Origin: Armatimonadota bacterium
GTDB taxonomy: Bacteria; Armatimonadota; SYMT01
Length of the DNA: 64,000 bases
Direction: 5' to 3'
NCBI GenBank assembly: GCA_046292385.1
Contig: JBKBRF010000020.1
Location: 32,001 to 96,000, forward strand
Notes under the pieces: generated by a model
The model's input: only the letters and a program-made list of their open reading frames with translations
Databases searched by the model: none
What the model was told of the DNA's origin: nothing
Shown here: positions 58,188-64,000 of the stretch, in pieces
Numbering within the stretch: the first letter of the stretch is position 1
How the letters are laid out: each line of letters begins with the position of its first letter
Position numbers and translations under genes: made by a program

Positions 58188-59588
58188 CTATGATACCCGT
58201 GCCGCGCGTGCCACGGTGCCGGTGGGGGTGGGGCGGATCTCTCGCAGCCGGAGGCGCACGCCGTGCTTGGGGCGGAGGGAGAGCTGTGCGTCGAGCTCCA
58301 GCGGGGGCTCGCCGACGGGGAGGCTGACCTCGAACCGCTGCAGCAGGGTGATCAGCACCAGCTGCGCCTCCGCCAGGGCGAACTGGCTGCCGATGCACTT
58401 CCTGGGCCCGCCACCGAACGGAAAATAGGCGAACCGGTGCCGCTCCGGGGCCCGCTCCGGGTCGAAGCGCTCCGGCTGGAACCGGTCCGGTTCCGGCCAA
58501 AGGTCCGGGCGGCGGTGGATCACCCAGGCGCAGGGGGTGGCGTACCCGCCCGCGGGGATGCGGTAGCCGCCGATCTCGTCGTCCTGAATCGCCTGCCGGG
58601 AGAGCGCCCAGACCGTCGGGTAGAGTCGCAGCGTCTCCTCCACCACCATCCGCGCATACGGGATCCGCGCCAGGTCGTCCCAGGTGGGGCGCCGGCCGCC
58701 CAGCGCACGGTCGATCTCCGCGCGCAGCTTCTCCTGCATGTGCGGGTGCATCGCGAGCAGGTACCAGACCCAGGAGAGGGTGACGGCGGTCGACTCATGT
58801 CCCGCCATCAGCATCGTCATCACCTCGTCGCGCAGCTCGAGGTCGCTCATTCCCTCGCCGGTCTCTTCGTCCCGCGCCTGCAGGAATAGAGTCAGCACGT
58901 CGTGGCGCTCCGCCGCCTCGGCGGGGGCGGCACGCCGCTCCCGGATGATGCCGTAGACCACGTCATCCAGCAGCCGCCGCGCCCGCCAGAACTTCCGGTT
59001 GCGCGGGGTGGGGAGGGAGCGCGGGTAGAACGGCCGGTACATCCGGTGGGTGATGTGATCGCGGGCGACGTCGACCGCCCACTCGATCTCACCCGGATCG
59101 CGTCCTAGCTCGACGCCGAAGAGGGTGCGCGCCGCGATCCGGAGGGTCAGGCGGAGCATCTCCGGCACGACGTCGACCGCTGCCCCGCTACGGGCGCGCT
59201 CGCTCCACTCCTCGGCCAGGTCGGCGGCGTCCTCCACTATCACGCCGGCCAGCGCGGCGATCCGCTGCCGGTGGAAGGCAGGCTGCGCGAGCCGCCGCTG
59301 CCGCTGCCAGAAGCTCCCCTCGCTGGTGACCAGGCCGTTGCCGTCCAGTACCTCGAACTGGGCGTTGACCAGGCCCTTTCGGTAGCCCTTATGGTTGTGC
59401 GCCAGCACCTGCTCCGCGCCGTCCGGGTGGAAGAGGAGGTAGTAGAGCAGCGGGCCGCCGAGGCCGACCCGCACCACGTCGCCGAACTGCCGGTGCAGCC
59501 GCGGAAAGACCTCCAGGGGCCGCTCCCTCGCCTCGCGCATCAGCCCCATCGCGGCGAAACCGTGGATCCCCGGGGGAAGCTGTGCCAT
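58188..59588 (-). CDS. Cytochrome P450
   Basis: AGHEST, EETLRLYP, PERF, FGGGPRKCIG. Confidence 0.97.
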   Translation of the reverse strand: MAQLPPGIHGFAAMGLMREARERPLEVFPRLHRQFGDVVRVGLGGPLLYYLLFHPDGAEQVLAHNHKGYRKGLVNAQFEVLDGNGLVTSEGSFWQRQRRLAQPAFHRQRIAALAGVIVEDAADLAEEWSERARSGAAVDVVPEMLRLTLRIAARTLFGVELGRDPGEIEWAVDVARDHITHRMYRPFYPRSLPTPRNRKFWRARRLLDDVVYGIIRERRAAPAEAAERHDVLTLFLQARDEETGEGMSDLELRDEVMTMLMAGHESTAVTLSWVWYLLAMHPHMQEKLRAEIDRALGGRRPTWDDLARIPYARMVVEETLRLYPTVWALSRQAIQDDEIGGYRIPAGGYATPCAWVIHRRPDLWPEPDRFQPERFDPERAPERHRFAYFPFGGGPRKCIGSQFALAEAQLVLITLLQRFEVSLPVGEPPLELDAQLSLRPKHGVRLRLREIRPTPTGTVARAARVS

Positions 59589-59681
59589 TCCGCTCTCCTG
59601 CCGAGTCCGGTGCCCGGCCCGGGCGGCCGAGCGGGTGCTCAGCGCAAGACTATCGCCCGTCTCTCCGGCTCGACAACCGGT

Positions 59682-59697
59682 TGTGAAAAAACTCTCA
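59682..59697. promoter_or_regulatory. Putative CRP-type binding site
   Basis: TGTGA-AAAAAC-TCTCA (9/10 match) upstream of the P450 gene. Confidence 0.45.
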
Positions 59698-59706
59698 AGC
59701 TGCGAG

Positions 59707-61509
59707 TCAGGCGAGGACGGAGGCGGCGAGATTCGGGGGAACGGTGCCGTCGGGGCTCCACTCGCGGAGCGCGTAGTAGGCGTCGAGGAGACGGTCGAGA
59801 TCGGCGCGGGTGAGCGCGTCTCCCGCGCGGGGCCCGTCGTGGACCGCCTCCTGCAGGAGGCGGGGTGGAAGCGTGTCGTCGGCGCGGGTCGCGTCTTCGC
59901 GCTGGTTGTAGAGTCGCTTGAGGCTCACGGTGCGGGAGCCAGCGGCGCGCAGCTCCGGTCCGTCCACCGCCCAGCCGGTCACCAGCTCCAGGAGCCGCGC
60001 GCTCTCGCCGTAGAAGTCGTCAAAGCAGCGGCGGAGGAACTTGCAGAGGCCGAGACCGTCCATCACCGCCGCGCGGTCTTCCGCGTCGAGCGCGCTGCGG
60101 GCGAGCGCTTCGGCGTCGGGAAGCTCCTCTCCCAGGCGCGCGAAGTCCGCATCGTAGGCGCTGGAGCGGTTGTGGCAGGCGCCGCGGGCGCCGACCGCCA
60201 GCCCGAGGGCGAGCGACTTCAGCGCCCGCGGCTCGTAACCGGGGAGCTCCAGCCCCTTGACCTGCATCGACCAGCGGTCCGAGCCGCACCCCACTCGCGC
60301 GGCGGCGCGGAGAGAGCCGTCTGCCAGGAGCTCCCCCAGCGGGCCTTCCCGGTGGCCGATCCGCCGGATCGCCTCCAGCACGGCCCCGCTGTTCCCGAAG
60401 CGGAGGTCGAGGCCGTCGAGCCGCTCCGGTCCGAGCACGCCTCGCTCCACGCTCTCCATCGCCCAGGCGAGCGTGCCGCCGAGACTGAGGGTGTCGAGCC
60501 CGAGCGAATCGGCGAGCCCGGCGGCTTGCAGCACCGTCTCGCGGTCGTCCAGCCCCAGCAGCGGCCCGAGCGCGAAGAGCGACTCGTACTCCGCCCGCAC
60601 GGCGGCGCCCCCGGGAGCCGGCGCGTAGCGGTGCTCGCACCCGATCGTGCAGCCGTAGCAGCCGGAGCGCTCGACCGCGCCTCCCCGGGCGAGCGCTTCG
60701 CCGGTGAGGCGCGCGGCGCCGGGGAAGACCGCCTGCTGGAAGTTGCGGGTGGGGAGGACCCCGACGCGGTCGAAGGTGAGCAGATTGCCGGAGGTGCCGA
60801 GGAGCCGGTACTTCGCCGTCTCCGGTCCCCGGCTGCGCTCCCGGAGTGCGGCAGCAGCTTCGAGAAGTCCCGCCGCGTCGGCGGGCTCCAGCCGGCGCTC
60901 CCCGGCAACGGCAATCGCCTTGAGATTCTTCGCGCCCAGCACCGCGCCGAGCCCGGTGCGGCCCGCGTGCCGGCCGTCGTGGCTGACGGTGGCGTACCGC
61001 ACCCGGCGCTCCCCCGCGGGACCGATCGCCGCCACCTGGAAACGGCTGCCGAGCGAGGCGCGGACCGCCTGCTCCGTCTCCGCGGTGCTCAGCCCGGCCA
61101 GCTCCGGGGCGGGGACGATGCGGATCTCACCTTCCTCCACCGCGAGCACGGAGAGGCGGGGCAGCGCGCCGAGGATGACCAGACCGTCCCAGCCGGTGCG
61201 CTTGAGCGCGACGGCGAAGCGGCTGGAGACGAGCGATTCTCCCAGGAACCCGGTCTGCGGGGAGCGGGTCGAGAAACAGGCCCGCGAGCTGGTGGTGACG
61301 CCGGTGTCAACGAGCGGCGAGGTGGCCAGGACGAGCGCGTTCTCCGCGCTGAAAGGGTCGACGCCCGCCGGGGTGTGGCGGTAGAGCCAGCGCGCGGCGA
61401 GGCCGGGGCCGCCGAGAAGCGCCCGCGCTTCTCGTTCTCGCAAGGAACATACCGTGCGGTCTCCGCGGTCGATCTCCAACAATAAGTAGCGGCCGTGATA
61501 TCCCGGCAT
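59707..61509 (-). CDS. Aldehyde:ferredoxin oxidoreductase (AOR family)
   Basis: SPQTG, IGPAGE, GRTGLGAVLGAKNLKA, CYGCTIGC, EYES, GLDT, RGACH. Confidence 0.93.
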   Translation of the reverse strand: MPGYHGRYLLLEIDRGDRTVCSLREREARALLGGPGLAARWLYRHTPAGVDPFSAENALVLATSPLVDTGVTTSSRACFSTRSPQTGFLGESLVSSRFAVALKRTGWDGLVILGALPRLSVLAVEEGEIRIVPAPELAGLSTAETEQAVRASLGSRFQVAAIGPAGERRVRYATVSHDGRHAGRTGLGAVLGAKNLKAIAVAGERRLEPADAAGLLEAAAALRERSRGPETAKYRLLGTSGNLLTFDRVGVLPTRNFQQAVFPGAARLTGEALARGGAVERSGCYGCTIGCEHRYAPAPGGAAVRAEYESLFALGPLLGLDDRETVLQAAGLADSLGLDTLSLGGTLAWAMESVERGVLGPERLDGLDLRFGNSGAVLEAIRRIGHREGPLGELLADGSLRAAARVGCGSDRWSMQVKGLELPGYEPRALKSLALGLAVGARGACHNRSSAYDADFARLGEELPDAEALARSALDAEDRAAVMDGLGLCKFLRRCFDDFYGESARLLELVTGWAVDGPELRAAGSRTVSLKRLYNQREDATRADDTLPPRLLQEAVHDGPRAGDALTRADLDRLLDAYYALREWSPDGTVPPNLAASVLA

Positions 61510-61692
61510 GGTGGTGGCGGTGAGCCGGAGTCGGCGCAGCGGCGCTGCTGGTCCAGTGAGCGGCTGCCTCACACTCACCTGTACAATCCGTTCGCCACTA
61601 TGATACCTGATTCAGGGCTTTTACACGCGGACCGGGCCCTCCACGTCGCCCCCGAGGCGGGGGAAGGGCTCCTCTGTTCGCGCGAGTGTTTT

Positions 61693-62694
61693 ATGTCGGA
61701 ACCGCTTCGGATCGGGTTAATCGGCTGTGGACCCCGCGGGCTCCGTGGGCATGTCCCCGGAATCCGGGAGTGTTCCGACGCCTCACTGGTGGCAATCTGC
61801 GACCGCGACGCCGAGCTGGCGAACCGCACCGCCGCGGAGCTGGGCGCCACCGGCTACGCGGACCACCGGGCGATGCTGGCGCATCCGGACCTCGAAGCCG
61901 TCGTGATCGTCACGGCGACTCCGCACCACTCTGCGCTGGCGATGGCCGCGCTGGAGGCCGGCAAACACGTGCTGCTGGAAAAGCCGATGGCCACCTCTGT
62001 GGACGAGGCGATCGAGCTGCAGCGGCGCGCGCAGAACATGGGGCTGATCGGCGCCATCGGCTACCAGTACCGCTTCTATCCCGGCCTCTGCTGGCTGGTG
62101 GAGCAGGGACGGCGGCTGGAGGCGGTCCAGGCGCTGATCAATCGTCCGCGCGGCATGCTGGCGAGCAAGTACCTGGCGCCGGGACCGGACCAGGGCGTTC
62201 TCGACTACATCTCGCACGACCTCGACCTCGCCATGTGGCTGATGGGCGGCCCGCCGCTCTACGTCACCGCGGTGCTCCAGCAGGGCCTTTACAGCGATAC
62301 CGGCGCGTACGAGAACGCCTCGATCCTGCTCGAGTTCGAAGGGCGCCGCACCGTGACGGTGCAGAGCACCATCTGCGCGGGCGGCCTGGCGACCCGCTTC
62401 GAGGTGATCGGCCGCCACGGTTCCGCCGGCTTCTCCGGGGAGGAGGGAGTCCTGGCGCGACAGGTGCCGGATCCCACGATGTACACCGGCTACCGCTCCG
62501 AGGTGGAGCACTTCGACCTGCCCGGCGACACCGGGCTTGCCGCCACCGCCGCCATGCACGCCGCCTTCGCCCGTGCCGTGCGGACCGGACACTTCGGGAC
62601 GCTGGCAAGCTTCGAGCACGGGGTCCGCGCCATGCGCCTCCACGAGGCGGTGGTCGAGGCCGATCGCCGCGGCGAGAAGCTCTGCTTCGAATAG
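61693..62694 (+). CDS. Gfo/Idh/MocA family oxidoreductase
   Basis: IGLIGCG, AGKHVLLEKP, HDLD. Confidence 0.92.
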   Translation: MSEPLRIGLIGCGPRGLRGHVPGIRECSDASLVAICDRDAELANRTAAELGATGYADHRAMLAHPDLEAVVIVTATPHHSALAMAALEAGKHVLLEKPMATSVDEAIELQRRAQNMGLIGAIGYQYRFYPGLCWLVEQGRRLEAVQALINRPRGMLASKYLAPGPDQGVLDYISHDLDLAMWLMGGPPLYVTAVLQQGLYSDTGAYENASILLEFEGRRTVTVQSTICAGGLATRFEVIGRHGSAGFSGEEGVLARQVPDPTMYTGYRSEVEHFDLPGDTGLAATAAMHAAFARAVRTGHFGTLASFEHGVRAMRLHEAVVEADRRGEKLCFE

Positions 62695-62781
62695 CCGCGC
62701 GTACCCCTACGCGTGCAGCAAACCCGCCGTTCGCCGGCGACTGCTTGTCCTCGGCGCCTTTCCGGCGGAATAATGGTCCAA

Positions 62782-64000
62782 ATGCCGACTGAGTGCCGAA
62801 TCCGTGTCCTCGAAGAGGAAGTCGCGAACAAGATCGCGGCGGGCGAGGTGGTGGAGCGGCCCTTTTCGGTGGTGAAGGAGCTAGTGGAGAACGCGGTCGA
62901 CGCCGGCGCCACCCGGATCACGGTAGAGGTGGAGGACGGCGGCAAGCGCCTGATCCGCGTTTCCGACAACGGCTGCGGCATGACGGCGCAGGAGGCGGTC
63001 CTCGCGCTGCAGCGGCACGCCACCAGCAAGATCAGCCGGGCGGAAGACCTTGCCTCCGTGCGCAGCCTCGGATTCCGGGGAGAGGCGCTCCCCAGCGTCG
63101 CCAGCGTCTCCCGCCTCACGCTCGTCACCCGCCCGCGCGGGGGGCTGGAGGGAATCCGCCTCGAGGCGGAGGCGGGCGAGATCCGGGAGCTGGAGCCGGC
63201 GGCGGCGGCGGAAGGCTCCGTCATCACCGTCCGCGACCTCTTCTACAACACCCCCGCCCGCCTGAAGTTCCTCAAGACGACGCGGACCGAGCTGGCGCAG
63301 ATCTGCGACGCGCTGAGCCGCCTGGCACTCTCGCAGCCGGGAATCGCGGTGCGGCTCAGCTCGGAAGGGGAGGAGATCCTCCACTCGCCCGGCTCGCCCG
63401 AGCCGCTCAACACCGTGGTGGCGCTCTACGGCGGCGACGTCGCCCGCGAGCTGGTGCCGGTGGCGCACAGCCGGCCCGGGCTGGCGGTAGAGGGGTACGT
63501 CTCCCGGCCGACCTACACGCGGCCCACCCGCAGCGGGCAGGTCTTCTTCGTCAACGGGCGGTGGGTTCGCAACCGCACCCTCACCCACGCGCTCGACGAG
63601 GCGTTCCGCTCCACCATGCCGCCGGGGCGCTTTCCCTTTGCGCTGATCCACGTGGAGATCGACCCGGCGCTGGTCGACGTGAACGTCCACCCGACCAAGT
63701 CGGAAGTGCGCTTCCTGCGCGACTGGGAGGTCCACCGCGCCGTCTTCGAAGCGATCCGCGAGGCGCTGGGCGCCCCGGGCCCGCTCATCCCCTCCGAAGG
63801 ACTGGCGCGGCGCCAGACCCTGACGCCGGAAGAGGTGCAGCATGGTCCGTGGCTGCCGCCGCAGCCGGGAGCGGCCGATCCGTTCGCCGGGGCCGATCCC
63901 GGCGCCAGCGCGGCGGCAGCGCCCGGAACGACGGCTGCCGCGCCGGCCGTGCAGCCCGCGCTGCCGGAGCTGCGGGCACCGGCCCGCACCCTGCGCCCGG
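62782..64000 (+). CDS. mutL: DNA mismatch repair protein MutL (3' truncated by window)
   Basis: NKIAAGEVVERP, KELVENAVDAGA, RHATSKI, LGFRGEAL, DVNVHPTK; absent from the ORF track because no stop is reached. Confidence 0.98.
   Translation, partial: MPTECRIRVLEEEVANKIAAGEVVERPFSVVKELVENAVDAGATRITVEVEDGGKRLIRVSDNGCGMTAQEAVLALQRHATSKISRAEDLASVRSLGFRGEALPSVASVSRLTLVTRPRGGLEGIRLEAEAGEIRELEPAAAAEGSVITVRDLFYNTPARLKFLKTTRTELAQICDALSRLALSQPGIAVRLSSEGEEILHSPGSPEPLNTVVALYGGDVARELVPVAHSRPGLAVEGYVSRPTYTRPTRSGQVFFVNGRWVRNRTLTHALDEAFRSTMPPGRFPFALIHVEIDPALVDVNVHPTKSEVRFLRDWEVHRAVFEAIREALGAPGPLIPSEGLARRQTLTPEEVQHGPWLPPQPGAADPFAGADPGASAAAAPGTTAAAPAVQPALPELRAPARTLRP

Overview
A high-GC bacterial chromosome segment. 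Its traits (outer-membrane barrel gene, RNase Y, short EF-Ts) suggest Armatimonadota or a relative, but this is inference only. Core genes are tpiA, anmK, aroF, rpsB-tsf-pyrH-frr, prfC, tRNA-Cys, rplJ-rplL, thpR-recA-recX-rny and a partial mutL. They are interspersed with signalling, redox and hypothetical genes. I found no transposase, integrase, phage gene or cas gene. Main points of interest: (1) a probable sigma54 operon joining a Met/His-rich outer-membrane barrel, YfiR, a CHASE8-type hybrid kinase, a receiver and a twin-DHp adenylate cyclase; (2) an unannotated 36-codon Trp/Tyr/Phe-rich leader peptide with a full attenuator upstream of DAHP synthase; (3) two orphan, densely base-paired intergenic blocks (about 37.16-37.64 kb and 32.13-32.52 kb) that look like unassigned structured RNAs; (4) a repeat family built as n forward arms followed by n core-plus-reverse-arm units (n=3 and n=2), plus many palindromes with microsatellite arms and REP-like elements; (5) a divergent Hfq near a candidate ECF-sigma-driven small RNA. 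All calls come from reading the sequence by eye; no searches or folding programs were run.
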